Origin: Eledone cirrhosa
Taxonomy: Eukaryota
Length of the DNA stretch: 64,000 nucleotides
Reading direction: 5' to 3'
Assembly (NCBI GenBank): GCA_964016885.1
Contig: CAXHJY010000701.1
Coordinates: forward strand, 1 to 64,000
Part shown: positions 27,896-42,651 of the stretch, piece by piece
Layout: each line of letters starts with the position of its first letter
How positions within the stretch are numbered: position 1 is the stretch's first letter
The notes under the pieces: model-generated
Database searches by the model: none
What the model was told of the DNA's origin: nothing
What the model saw: only the letters and a program-made list of their open reading frames with translations
Program-made: the position numbers and the translations under genes

Positions 27896-28529
27896 ATTTT
27901 GATTTCAGAGCTGTTTTGTTTGTGTGTGTGAGACAAAGACCTGACTCCAACATGTGAACCAAACATCTTCCATTCTGCTTATATTATTAGTCTAAATCTT
28001 TATTCTAACAAATGCTACATGTGATCTAAAGCATGTCGGACAAATCTATCATCAGAATTAACTGGAACCATTTTGAATACTAACATGAGTTTATCCAAGG
28101 CAATATTATATTGGTAAAGTAGAAGAATATATAAAAAGTTATGTGAGTAAATACATCACCAACAAACTAGAAAATCTGGGATTTTCAGACAATGGACTTA
28201 ACCCAAGTAACAAATTCAATCGAATATGAGGAACATTAAAGATATACAAGATTTTCCTGAAATTCACATATGAGGAAAGTTTGTCCCTTTGTGAGAGACC
28301 AACACCTTTCTTACAAAGAGAATTCAAGTAATTAAGAAAATAAAAAAGCAGAGAACACACACACACGTAAACCTATGCATGCATATGAACATACATTAAC
28401 CCATACATGCATGCATATATGCATAGAGGAATGCATTGGTGTATATATACATACACACATATCTGCATACTTACATAGATACCTACATACATTCATATAA
28501 ACATAGATTTATTCTTACATACTTACACC

Positions 28530-29252
28530 GTGTATATATAAAAATATATTTGTCTGCCTCTGTATGTAATAAAGTATGTATATATGCATGTATGTATATA
28601 TAAACATATATTTGTCTGCCTCTGTATGTAAGAAAGTATGTATATATGCATGGATGTATATATAAAAATATATTTGTCTGCCTCTGCATGTAATAAAGTA
28701 TGTATATATAAAAATATATTTGTCTGCCTCTGTATGTAATAAAATATGTATATATGCATGTATGTATATATAAATATATATTTGTCTGCCTCTGTATGTA
28801 ATAAAGTATGTATATATAAAAATATATTTGTCTGCTTCTGTATGTAATAAAGTATGTATATATGCATGTATGTATATATAAAAATATATTTGTCTGCATC
28901 TGTATGTAATAAAGTATGTATATATGCATGTATGTATATATAAAAATATATTTGTCTGCCTCTGTATGTAATAAAGTATGTATATATGCATGTATGTATA
29001 TATAAAAATATATTTGTCTGCTTCTGTATGTAATAAAGTATGTATATATGCATGTATGTATATATAAAAATATATTTGTCTGCCTCTGTATGTAATAAAG
29101 TATGTATATATGCATGTATGTATATATAAAAATATATTTGTCTGCTTCTGTATGTAATAAAGTATGTATATATGCATGTATATATATATAAAAATATATT
29201 TGTCTGCCTCTGTATGTAAGAAAGTATGTATATATGCATGTATGTATATATA
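28530..29252. repeat. ~62-bp minisatellite (about 12 copies, some shortened)
   Basis: Unit tatatataaaaatatatttgtctgcctctgtatgtaataaagtatgtatatatgcatgtatg. Confidence 0.9.
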
Positions 29253-29496
29253 AATAGGTTAACGAGTATATTCGAGTGTATATAGGAAGGGGACAAGAGA
29301 ATAGATCAAGCAACAAAACCGAGCAATTGGTCGTATTTACAAGTGTTGAGAACTTGAGAAGTAGTACTAAGAATACAAGTCGATATGTATTTTACAACAT
29401 ACGTGACAGTTCGTTGGAATAAGAGAAAATACAGCTAAATAAATATATGAGAGGAAAAGATCAACAGTAAATAATAACTGCATACATACACATCAA

Positions 29497-29639
<143 letters not shown>

Positions 29640-29738
29640 CATTTATATATATATATGTATGTAGTAAAATATATATATAAATATATATATACATATATAT
29701 ATATATATCAATATATATTTATATTTATTTATATATAA

Positions 29739-29796
<58 letters not shown>

Positions 29797-29939
29797 TTAT
29801 ATATAAATAAATATAAATATATATTCATATATATATGTATATATATATTTATATATATATTTTACTACATACATGTTTGTCTACATGTATATGTATATTT
29901 ATGTGTACATACACACAGAGACGCAGGCAAACACACAAT

Positions 29940-29970
<31 letters not shown>

Positions 29971-30290
29971 ATGTTAAATGAAGACGTTAGCCAAACGAGA
30001 TATACAAAATGACCTTCAAGTTCAAAAGGGTTGTTAAGAAGGCGTTTGGCTCGTCAGAGAACTCAAACACTCACTAATATAAGTAAGCAAGCAAAAGAAG
30101 AGATATATATGTTTGAAGGAAATTGATAGCTGAGCAATAATATTGATTAACAACAATGAGTGTGTTTAAGAAAACATTGGTAATTAAACATATATAAAGA
30201 CATTTAAGTAGAGCTGAGACAAATATGGTAAAAAATAATAACAAAACCTAAATAAATGTAAGTAAATCAAGTTTGAAAAAAAAATTATGA

Positions 30291-30385
<95 letters not shown>

Positions 30386-30388
<3 letters not shown>

Positions 30389-30541
30389 CGAAGGAAATAT
30401 GGTAAGGAACCAGGTGGACCATAACGCACCAAAGTACTCAATACTTAGGGTAGTAGAGTGGGTAATAGGAACGAGTAGGACCCCGACGGCTGAGCTCAAG
30501 CCGTTTCGACGGTTAATTCAGCCGTCGGGGTCCTACTCGTT

Positions 30542-30545
<4 letters not shown>
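30386..30545 (-). mobile_element. Family B fold-back with tail (reverse orientation)
   Basis: taacgaaggaaat...taggaacgagtaggaccccgacgg...cagccgtcggggtcctactcgttccta. Confidence 0.8.
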
Positions 30546-30619
<74 letters not shown>

Positions 30620-30621
<2 letters not shown>

Positions 30622-30803
30622 TAAATCACTGCTAATACTGGAATTGAAATATCAAAACCATAGAGGTATGTCATATATCAAATCATATATTTTATCTGAC
30701 GAGGACGTATTGGAAAAAAAAAAAGCACAGTACCTTCGAAATATATATAATAAAGCATATATTTTGATTACGTAAATATCTTCATTTGTTAAAATTTTGA
30801 ATA
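30620..30803 (+). mobile_element. Family F Penelope-like end with HHR-like motif
   Basis: ttat-CTGACGA-ggacgtattg...cagtaccttc-GAAATATATA-taataaag. Homologous copy at 61940-62118. Confidence 0.6.
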
Positions 30804-30875
30804 ATATATATATATATATAAATATATATATAATTTTTTTCCTACTTGTCTTGATGATGATGATGATGATGATGA

Positions 30876-30944
<69 letters not shown>

Positions 30945-31047
30945 CATATGTGTGTGTGGCAAGAACAGAACTCACATTTTTCATTTTCTAGAAACTATAC
31001 ACACGCATACACTCGGACATACACATACGTACACACACTCACACATA

Positions 31048-31100
<53 letters not shown>

Positions 31101-31241
31101 GCGTCTTTATGTAAGTAGGTATGTATATGTGTATATGTATATCTGTCTATATATATATATATATATATACTTATATCTATCTATGTATACATATAGAAAT
31201 ATATATATATATATACATACGTATATATAAATATGTATATA

Positions 31242-31277
<36 letters not shown>

Positions 31278-32302
31278 CGCACATACATAAATACTTATAT
31301 ATATATATACTGTACATATACATGTATTTGTCTATGTATATATGTGCAGACATATATATATATATATATATATATACGTACATACATACATAAATACATT
31401 AAGACATACTTACATATCATAGACAAGCAAATATACAGAACAATTTCTTTAATACCGTTTAACCTGGGTGGAGATTTTAAAAAATCTGAGATCATAACGG
31501 CATTGTTGGTCGGTAGTAGTTAGTCATGATATCCGATACACGGCACACCTCTTAGTACCGAACTACATTAGCACCTGTATGATATTTAGGGAACTTACCG
31601 GGAGGTACCTTTTGATGTTTTATGATCTAGCAAGGCTAAACAACGGGGTGTGATGTGGATGGATGCTCTATTAATATTGTTGACTTTCGCCAGTTCATTC
31701 GGTATCAAAGAGTGATTAAGTGGTCTTCACTTTATAAAGCTCAATATTTCTAAGTGGAAGGATCTCCATCGGTTTTAACGAAGATGTGTCCCAGTTTTTT
31801 TTTTTTTTTAGCAGAGGATCAGTCTGACTTATGAAGCCTGAATTTCATACTGACACATGCATCCTTAACGCATTTTTTAAGGAATTACAGGCACAAATCA
31901 TTTTGGCCAGCCGTTGCATCATGATTGGAACAACGTAAAATAAAATGTATTTTTTTAAAGACATGATGCACTGCTGGGAATCGAACTCGTAACCGTATAA
32001 TAGTGTGCCAATCACATTAATCACTCAGAGAAGCACCTTTAAAATATCTTCATATAAACAGAAACTCAACCATGGCTGTGTGGATCAGGAGTTTTCTTCC
32101 ACCGTAAGGCTCCTTTGTTAAGTGTTATCTGCTATAAGCTTGTGTTGATCAAGGCCTTCTGTATGGAATTTAGTGTCGAAAACTAGAGTGGCCCGTCGTA
32201 ACAGTTTTGCAAGAGATGTCAACACGAATGGACATGTTATTTTTATCTAAATACATTTTTTCCAATGCCATCCCGCCCGTTCCCTCAATCTATCTCATTC
32301 TT

Positions 32303-32338
32303 TCTTCTGATGAAGGACTAGCGCCCGAAACGTTAAGA
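32303..32338 (+). ncRNA. Minimal type I hammerhead
   Basis: TCTT-CTGATGA-aggactagcgccc-GAAACGTT^AAGA, with palindromic AACGTT stem III. Confidence 0.65.
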
Positions 32339-32431
32339 CAATCTTCCTGCTATATCAAACGTTAACCTAACATATCCCTTCCATATACTGTACCGAATGT
32401 GTTGTTATTTCTGTTTACCTTTTACACACAC

Positions 32432-32500
<69 letters not shown>

Positions 32501-33040
32501 CTATATAGAGAGGGAAAACACAAGAGAGTGTCCAGGAAAACATTTTCCTTTGAGGTCATTAAATTACAGGGTTATATGCGAGTCCTTTCCTCTGTTGCTT
32601 TACTTGATATATATATATATATATATATACATTCCTTTTATCAATATTAAATAGCGAGTCTTGTTACACTGGAGATTCGAGAGTTTACCACAGTGTCATC
32701 TGACAAGAATTTAGTTCGGTATTGAATACTATTTTCTCTTAGTCGTCAACCACACACACAAAGACACACACATATACCACACACACACACACATACACAC
32801 ATACACACAGACACATATATATATACATATAATTATATTCCTATATGTATTTGTACGATTGTAGGGTCATAGTGGTATGAATTGTAATGAAGTGGAAAAA
32901 GTACACAATACTGTTACTTAGATTAGGATAATATTTATTCAAATTTGAGTGACCATTTGTTTCTAGAGGGAGCTTCTCGCTTCCAGGCATCCCAGTCCCC
33001 TTTTTGTCGGTGTATATATACAATATTACTCTCACATACG

Positions 33041-33134
<94 letters not shown>

Positions 33135-33481
33135 CATACATATATATATATACGTACATTCATAATAATTCTTACATACCTACATATGTACATCTGTACC
33201 CACATACATACATGATTCATAAGCTAGAATGGTCCCGATATCTGGAATATTCAAACATTCTTGCGATTCAAAGGAAAAACGAATGCACATGGGGCGACGA
33301 AATCTTTTCTTTTTTCATCTACGTTGCCACCGGGAAGGTTCCCGGTTAAAAAAAAATCAAAATTAATATATATACGTACGTAGGTACCTACATACATGCA
33401 TATACATACATACATACACACATACATCCATACATACACACATCCATCCATCCATCCATCCATCCATACATACATACACAC

Positions 33482-33755
33482 ATGATGGCTGACAACTCGT
33501 TTTCGAGTACGACCACTACTTTATATCCATGTAGGAGAACCCCTACCGACGCGCTGAACAAGTGTGACTTTTTAGTCCACCCAGTGACTTGAAAACTCTG
33601 GTACAAACACTACACTTGTGACAATTACTGACACATAGTGCTGGGCCCATGGTACCATGTGACGACAAGTGCAGAGAGATCTCCAGATATAAAGCAATGC
33701 CTGTGCCGTGAAGCTTTTATAGTGAGCAAAGGTACTGCACAAAGCCAGTCCCACT
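33482..33755 (-). mobile_element. Second copy of the C2H2-terminated LINE 3' end
   Basis: High identity to 6662-6935. Confidence 0.65.
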
Positions 33756-33932
33756 CTCTTAAACAAGATGATATTTACCAAAAAGAAGAGCAAGTCAACA
33801 TCATTGGATACCATCAGGGTTGCAGGTGTTATATCAGAGTTTTCCTTCTCCTAGAAATCTGCCTTGACAAAGGCTAAGGGGGTCATCTCTCCCATACACA
33901 CATACATCCATATATACATACATACAATACAG

Positions 33933-34198
33933 TTTGCAAATCCAGTATCCAAGATACACCTTCAGCTTCATACCCATCATTATTGGAGCTACAGGTTATA
34001 TACCAACCCGCTTGGACCAAAGTATAACTGAACTTGGATTTGTGGACAAAGAACGCAGCTCCCTAATTCATAGACTAAAAAATGGCTGCGATAGTTGGCA
34101 CCTTCAAAATTTGCAAAACATTCTTGCAATTCAAGGGATGACAATTTCTTTTCTTTTCAGAAAACCTTGCCACCAGGGAGGTGTCCGGTAAAAAATAT
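33933..34198 (+). mobile_element. 3' end of an RLE-type non-LTR retrotransposon (R4/Dong-like); related shorter end at 33213-33358
   Basis: LQIQYPRYTFSFIPIIIGATGYIPTRLDQSITELGF...LIHRLK, then after a frameshift MAAIVGTFKICKTFL. Shared 3'UTR ttgccacc.ggga.g...ccggt.aaaaa. Flanked by (CATA)n. Confidence 0.7.
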
Positions 34199-34799
34199 AC
34201 TCGAAATTAAGAGAAAGAGAAACATGCATACATATATACATACATGCATTCATACACACGTATGTACACACATACATACATATATACATACATGCATTCA
34301 TACATACGTAAGTACACACATACATATATACTTAAATACATGCATTCATACATACGTAAGTACACACATACATATATACATGCAAACATACATACATATA
34401 TACATACATGTAGACAGACATACATATATACCTTACGTTCCATTACACCATTTACTATATAAATATATCTGTGTATTACACACAATATATATATTTTACA
34501 TGCTAGTATCAGTGTCTATAAGTTGTAAGGGAACGTGTCGAATTCAATGTGTTTTGTCAAACATTAGCTGTTGATTTTAACTGGATTATAGCCTACTGTC
34601 TCCTGTCCTTCCTGACCGGATTTTCACACACTATCTGTTTCATCGGCCATTTCGTCTATTCTTATAGTATTTATCTGTTGATATAACCATTAAATCGTAC
34701 GAGTAAATTGGATGTACAGACTCTCTACCTGGTTGTTCCACCTGCGAGAAATAACAAACAATTCTCCCTAAAATCTCAATCCACAAACTCCCAAACAGA

Positions 34800-35700
34800 G
34801 CCCAAAATTGTTGCCCCTGTGTCTAAACAGAAACCAGTATCAGTAGAGGGTTGGACGCCATGCTTTGCAGCATAGAGTTACGACACTTTACGGTCTGAGT
34901 TCAAATCCCGCCGAGGTCAGCTTTGCCTTTCGTCCTTACGGGGTCCATAAAATAAACAATTATTTTTATCTATATGCGGTGGATTGGCAAAATCGGTGGA
35001 GGGTCGGACATAGAGTTACGGCCCTTTACGGTCTGAGGTCAAATCCCGCCAGGTTAACTTTGCTTTTCATCCTTACTGGGTTGATAAAATAAAGTACCAG
35101 TAATGCACTAGGGTAATTGCTGGCCTTGTACCTAAACAGAAATCAGTGAATTGACAGTATCGGTAGAGGGTTGGACGCCATGCTTTCTAGCATAGTTACG
35201 TCCCTTTACAGTCTGAGTTCAAATCCCGCCGAGGTTAACTTTGCCTTTCATCCTTACGGGGTCGATAAAATAAAGTACCAGTAATGGACTGGGGTAATTG
35301 CTAGCCTTGTGCCTAAAGTAGAAACAATTATTTTTATCTATATGTTGGGTGGTGGATTGCAGTATCGGTAGAGGATCGGACGCCATGCTTTGCAGCATAG
35401 AGTTACGGTCTCTAACGATCTGAGTTCAAATTCTGCCGAAGTAAACATTGCCGTTCATGCTTACGGGATCGATAAAATAAAGTACCAGTAATGGACTGGG
35501 GTAATTGCTGGCCTTGTGCCTAAACAGAAACCATTATTTTTATGTATATGTTTATGTATATTTTTACGCCCCTTTATGGTCTGAGTTCAAATCCCGTCGA
35601 GGTTAACTTTGCCTTTCATCCTTACGGGGTCGATAAAATAAAGTACCAGTAATGTACTGGGATAATTGCTGGCCTTGTGCCAAAATTAGAAACAATTATT
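34800..35700 (+). mobile_element. Head-to-tail cluster of about five SINE family A copies
   Basis: Repeated ctgagttcaaatcccgccgaggttaactttgcctttcatccttacggggtcgataaaataaagtaccag. Confidence 0.85.
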
Positions 35701-36601
35701 TTTATGTATATGGAGTTGCTGAAACATCGCATTCTAAATTGAATGCAGAAGTGTTGAAACTGTATAATGTTAGTAGTGATATTTAAATTTAACGTCTGTT
35801 TGATTTTTTTCAGATTGGTTATTGAATTATTATGGAGTTGTAATTATCTGACAAGTGAATCCCTCTCAAATCGTGTGATGAAACAAAAAAATTAGAGTCA
35901 TTTTAACCTTCCTCCAAAATCCATAAACCTTTTTAAATTCACACCAAGAAATAAATTATAAATCTATGTGAGTTTAACAGACTTTTCTATATTTAATGGC
36001 TACAATGTCTCTTCCATGATGTAATTGTTTTTATTTTCAACAACAAACTGTTTCAGATCATGTCACTTACCAGACAAGTGAAACTCGGAAACATGAGGTT
36101 GTATAACTAAAATGACTCACATAAATCACGCAAAATACAACACTATAAGGCTATTGTGAAAACAAACAACAAGGGAAGATGAAAGAAAGGTAACTTAATT
36201 AAAAAGAGTTTATCTGTTCAGGTCATTGTTAGAAGCAAATTGATGAGATATAGGTTTTCCAGTAGTAAATTTACCATAACGCTCAAACACTGGAAACTAT
36301 TAAGAACAACAACATATAACAAAATAAATAGAATATACGAAGCTAAAAAACACAAATGAAAACAAAGGAAAATAAAATGAAAAAGATTATTTGTAGATTG
36401 GTCTGACATTTGAACTAGGTTCAGCTTGATACCAGCTGCCGCTTCCTCTGCTGATCTTTTGGACAAAGTAATAAATATATAAATAAATATATCATATCGT
36501 ATTCCAACAAATTTTCAAGAAGGCTAAACTGTTTACTGTTCAATGTGGAGACGGGATGGGACGGTATGGGACAGGGAAATTTGTTACATACACACATACA
36601 C

Positions 36602-36688
<87 letters not shown>

Positions 36689-36798
36689 TATGTGTGTGTG
36701 TAGAGAGAGAGAGAGATTTATATATATATATGTATGTATATATATATATAAATATATATATATATTTATATGTATATATATATGTATATGCGTATATA

Positions 36799-36836
<38 letters not shown>

Positions 36837-36898
36837 GTATATATATATATATATATATTACACTTACAAACACATACACACACAAACACACACACACA

Positions 36899-37056
<158 letters not shown>

Positions 37057-37240
37057 GTGCTGAAAGAGGAGACGCTTCTTATTTGAGTGTATTGAAACAT
37101 GTACAAGTGAAGGAGTCTTATACCAAATGTTGTGGCTTCTATTATCACTTCTCACTACAATGAATGTCAACGCTGAAACGGTTTCAAATGACACCAGGAA
37201 TTTATATTGATTTTGTTTTTCTTATTACTTTCTCGGCTTT

Positions 37241-37370
<130 letters not shown>

Positions 37371-37414
37371 ATAATATATATATATGTATAAATATATATA
37401 TATATATATATTAT

Positions 37415-37484
<70 letters not shown>

Positions 37485-37751
37485 TTTATATATATATAAA
37501 TATACATACATATATATATATATTGTTTATGTATATAAATACATATATATATTCATAGATATATATTGTTTATATATATATATACATACATACATATATA
37601 TATTATGTTATTATATATATATATATATATATTATGTTTATATATATATATATATATTGTTTATATATATAATTATACATATATATATATATTGTTTATA
37701 TATATAAATATATATATATATAAATTGATATATATATATATTTATATATAG

Positions 37752-37966
37752 TGAAGGCGTGTGGCTGAGTGGTTAGAGAATTGGATTCGCAATCGTAAGG
37801 TTGTGAGTTCGATTCCTGGACCAGGCGATGCGTTATGTCCTTGAGCAAGACACTTTATTTCACGTTGCTCCTTCTACCTGGAGTTGCGACCGATAGATAG
37901 TGTTAGCAATTGGAAAGACCAACGGAAACATTGCTCCCTCGGTCCGATTTGACGAAAGTCGATCGT
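37752..37966 (+). mobile_element. tRNA-derived SINE family B
   Basis: A-box TGGCTGAGTGG, B-box GAGTTCGATTCC, then tgtccttgagcaagacactttatttcacgttgctcc. Other copies at 55610-55765 (-), 62868-63035 (-), and degenerate at 18856 and 31905. Confidence 0.8.
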
Positions 37967-38039
37967 TTAAGATATATATATATATATATACATATATATA
38001 TAAATACATACATATATATATATTGTTTATATATATATA

Positions 38040-38262
38040 TAGTAATAATAATAAATTTGAAGACTAAAACCCAAAGAGGGCTCGATAAGGATAATATATA
38101 TCAAATATATAAGAACCCTAGAGCAAATATTTATTGTTATACTTGGGGAGGGTCATATTTGTGTAATATTGCCAGAATTAATAACAGAACACACTCACTG
38201 TTTGGTTGGTTTTCGCTTTTCGCTTCTGTGTCTTTTATATCGGTTAATTTAATTTATTTGGT
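38040..38262 (-). mobile_element. Dispersed repeat sharing the family D 3' tail; upstream part also at 23100-23228
   Basis: Tail tttgctcta...ttcttatatatttgatata...ccttatcgagc...ttttagtcttcaaattta joined to caatatgaccctccccaagtataacaata. Confidence 0.6.
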
Positions 38263-38296
38263 CCTCAATGTATATGCATATTTTGTATATATATAC

Positions 38297-38366
<70 letters not shown>

Positions 38367-38380
38367 TATATTTATATATA

Positions 38381-38575
38381 TAGGTAAGTTATTCCGGGTT
38401 GAATCGGAGGTAACTACAGTAAGTAAGGTACTCAATACATAGCAGAGTATAAAAGTTTTAATATAGATGAGATTCTACAGGACTAGAACTCTTTCATTCT
38501 TTAGAAATCATCAGGAATCTCCTGATGACTTATAAAGAATGAAACAGTTCTAGTCCTGTAGAATCTCATCTATAA
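38381..38575 (-). mobile_element. Family C fold-back with HHR in both arms
   Basis: Minus arm GAGATTC-CTGATGA-tttctaaagaat-GAAA(g)AG-ttctagtc-CTGTA^GAATCTC has a 7-bp stem I. The plus arm has intact CTGATGA and GAAAC. Confidence 0.8.
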
Positions 38576-38582
38576 TAAAACC

Positions 38583-38635
<53 letters not shown>

Positions 38636-38825
38636 AGTATATATATAAACAATAGAAATATATATACATATATATATTCGTGTTATATATTTCTTTCTTC
38701 ATGTTGTTAATTTATCTTCCGACGTCCAGAACATTCTTTCTTTCTCACTCATTCCAAACTTAACTCTTTGTCTTTATCCTGTCCCGCCACACCAACACAT
38801 TTTCCTCTTTTCTTCCTAATTTCTA

Positions 38826-38909
38826 CAAATAAACAGGGATAATCAAGAAATTCAGACGAAAAGGTAAACACCTTTTCGTCTCAATTTCTTGATTACCCCT
38901 GTTTATTTG
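38826..38909. repeat. 84-bp hairpin (40-bp arms, 4-nt loop)
   Basis: caaataaacagggataatcaagaaattcagacgaaaaggt-aaac-accttttcgtctcaatttcttgattacccctgtttatttg. Confidence 0.8.
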
Positions 38910-39336
38910 CTCCACATCGTGTCCTTACCATCTTCACATTATTCAAAGATTAATACTTTCCAAAACATGTCTTTTTTTTTCTTCTCATTTGCTAATTTCC
39001 TTGACCTTTAAGAAGAAGGATTCTCATGGATGCAAAGAGAAGAAAAAAGACCTGTCAACGAGCGACCTTTAATATTGTTGTATCTTTCTCATAGTTTTTT
39101 CTCTGTGTTTATGGCTGTTTTTTCCTCGTGTTATTAGTTTTCATGTTTCTTGTTTCTTTAACAAAACAACTAACAGCGAGGACATCGTTGTTTAAATAAT
39201 AAAACATAAACCTCAGCTCAGTCCCTTTCTATCTCGTGTATTAGTACCAACAAACATATGGAATAGAGTTGTCAAACTGATTTAAATCATACGGGAAAAT
39301 ATTAGAGAAACGTTTTAGCTATTTGTGTTTTCATAA

Positions 39337-39538
39337 TCGCTCTTCGACAGGTTTGCGGTCGAGCCCGTTGCAGTGGAGACCTCTGGTGTCCTTGGCCCCA
39401 AGACCACTTCCCTACTCACTACCATCGGCACGGAGTTGGCTAGCTGCAGGCGTGAACCTCGCTAGCTGGAATGGCTCTTCCACCACGTCTCTGCCACCTC
39501 CGTTCGGCGTAAAGACTTCTCTATTCTGTCTACCGGTG
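39337..39538 (+). mobile_element. 3' end of a CRE-like RLE non-LTR retrotransposon (pseudogenised)
   Basis: A frame not in the ORF list reads DRFAVEPVAVETSGVLGPKTTSLLTTIGTELASCRREPR*LEWLFHHVS...FSILSTG, matching the remembered CRE C-terminal pattern FxPxAVETxGxxG...lg...EPRe..WL. Confidence 0.65.
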
Positions 39539-39872
39539 TGAATGTGTGTGTGTGTATGAGTGTCTATGTGTGTGTGTTTATGCGTGTTTGCGTGTGTATA
39601 TATGTGGGTGTTTGTGTGTGTGTTTAAATTTCTGTCGGTGATTGAGCCGCGTAACTTTATAATTGTAGGAAAAGAAACTAATTTCTCCAAGACAGTGCTA
39701 TAGGGTGGCCATAGTGGAATGGCTGGAAACAGTAACAGTATGAAATTAAATAAGACTGAGATGTATATATATTTGCATGTATATGTACGTGTGCACGTGT
39801 ATATGCGTATGTGTGTGCATGTGGATATGTATGTATGGTGTGTGTATACGAGTATGTATGTGTATAATTATG

Positions 39873-39912
<40 letters not shown>

Positions 39913-39940
39913 TACTCACACACATATATATATATATATA

Positions 39941-40127
39941 TATTTAATATAGAAAAGGGTTCTACAGGACTAGAACTGTTTCATTTCAGGAAGCCCTTCC
40001 TGATGAATTTCCCCGAATGAAACAGTCCTAGTCCTGTAGAAGCCTTTTCTATATTAAATATTTATACTCTGCTTTGTATTGAGTACCTTACTTACTGTGG
40101 TTACCCCCGATTGAACCCGGGATAAAC
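39941..40127 (+). mobile_element. Family C fold-back with canonical HHR (39996-40042) and tail
   Basis: CTTC-CTGATGA-attt(cccc)gaat-GAAACAG(tcctagtc)CTGTA^GAAG. Confidence 0.8.
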
Positions 40128-40175
40128 ATATATACATATATGTATGAGTGTGTATATATATATATATATATGTAT

Positions 40176-41211
<1,036 letters not shown>

Positions 41212-41567
41212 TTTAGGAATATTCATTGATTATATATAGGGAATATAATCATTTTTATTATCAACATATCTACTACATATAATCATTGCTACACACACAT
41301 TTAATGTATAACACACACAATCATTTAAACACACGCATACACACACTGGAAACCACACACCCAGACACACACACACACACACTCTGTAAACAACATTGAC
41401 ACACACACACATACTCTGGAAACCGCAGAGACACACACACACACTCTGGAAACCACAGAGACCCCCCCACACACACACACTCTGGAAACAACATAGACAC
41501 ACACACACACACACACACTCTGGAAACCACAGAGACCCCCCCCACACACACTCTGGAAACAACATAG

Positions 41568-41599
<32 letters not shown>

Positions 41600-42068
41600 T
41601 CACTCTGGAAACTTCATCGACTATCACAGAATATGAATGATGACGACCTTAACTATCTGCGTGTGTGTGTGTGAGCTTGTATGAGTGTGTGTGTGTGTGT
41701 TTGTGTATGTGTGTGTGTGTGTGTGAGGTTGTGTGTGTTTGTGTGTTTGTTTGTATGTGTGTAGTGTATGAGGTGGTGTGTGTGCGAGTGTGAGGTTATG
41801 TGTGCTTGCTTGTATGTTCATGCGTGTGTTTGTGTGTGCGGTACGTATGTTGGAGGTACGTATATGTGTGTCTGAGTGTGTGAGGTGGTGTGTGTTTGTT
41901 TGTGTGTGTGTGAGTGTGCGTTTGTGTGTACCTGTTTGTATGTTCGCGCGCGTGTGTGTGTGTATGTGTGAGTGTGTGTGTGTGTGTGAGGTAGTATGTG
42001 TCTGTTTGAGTGTGTGTGTGTGTGTGTGTATATATGTAGGAGTGTGAATGCGTGTGTACGTTTGTAAA

Positions 42069-42119
<51 letters not shown>

Positions 42120-42159
42120 GTAGGAGTGTGAATGTGTGTGTATTTTTTTTAAATGTGTT

Positions 42160-42192
<33 letters not shown>

Positions 42193-42651
42193 GTAGGAGT
42201 GTGAATGTGTGTAAATGTGTTTGTGAGTGTGAGTGTGTGTGTATATGTAGGAGTGTGGATATGGGTGTATGTGCTTGTGTGATACGTGTGCGTGTGTGTG
42301 TGTGAGTGTGAGGGCGTGTGTATATGTTGGAGTGTGGATGTGTGTGTATGTGTGTAAATGTGTGTAAATGTGTACGTGTGTGTGTATGTGTGTGTGAGTG
42401 TGAGGGTGTGTGTGTATATATGTAGGAGTATGTATGTGTGTGTGTGTGAGTGTGTGTGTGTGTTTGAGTATACGGCGCATCGGAGTAGCCGGTAAAAATA
42501 TAGCATTTTACACTACAAAACTTTTAATATATACACTAACACACAGACACACACGCACTTGCACATAAATCACTCCAGCACATGTACATATGTGCACACC
42601 CGCATGCAACTTCACACGAACAAAAGCACACACACACATTTCTATATTCAC

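Noticed and set aside
36380-36470. Possible internal exon
   Set aside because: GC-richer patch with weak splice signals and no recognisable peptide on either strand.
37755-37830. tRNA gene
   Set aside because: A and B boxes are present but continue into a multi-copy SINE body, and no complete cloverleaf acceptor stem was found.
41345-41610. Short motifs alternating with variable microsatellite (also 9470-9760, 25490-25830, 56390-56630), superficially repeat-spacer-like
   Set aside because: The spacers are just (CA)n/(TA)n/(GA)n of varying length; these are ordinary local duplications with slippage.
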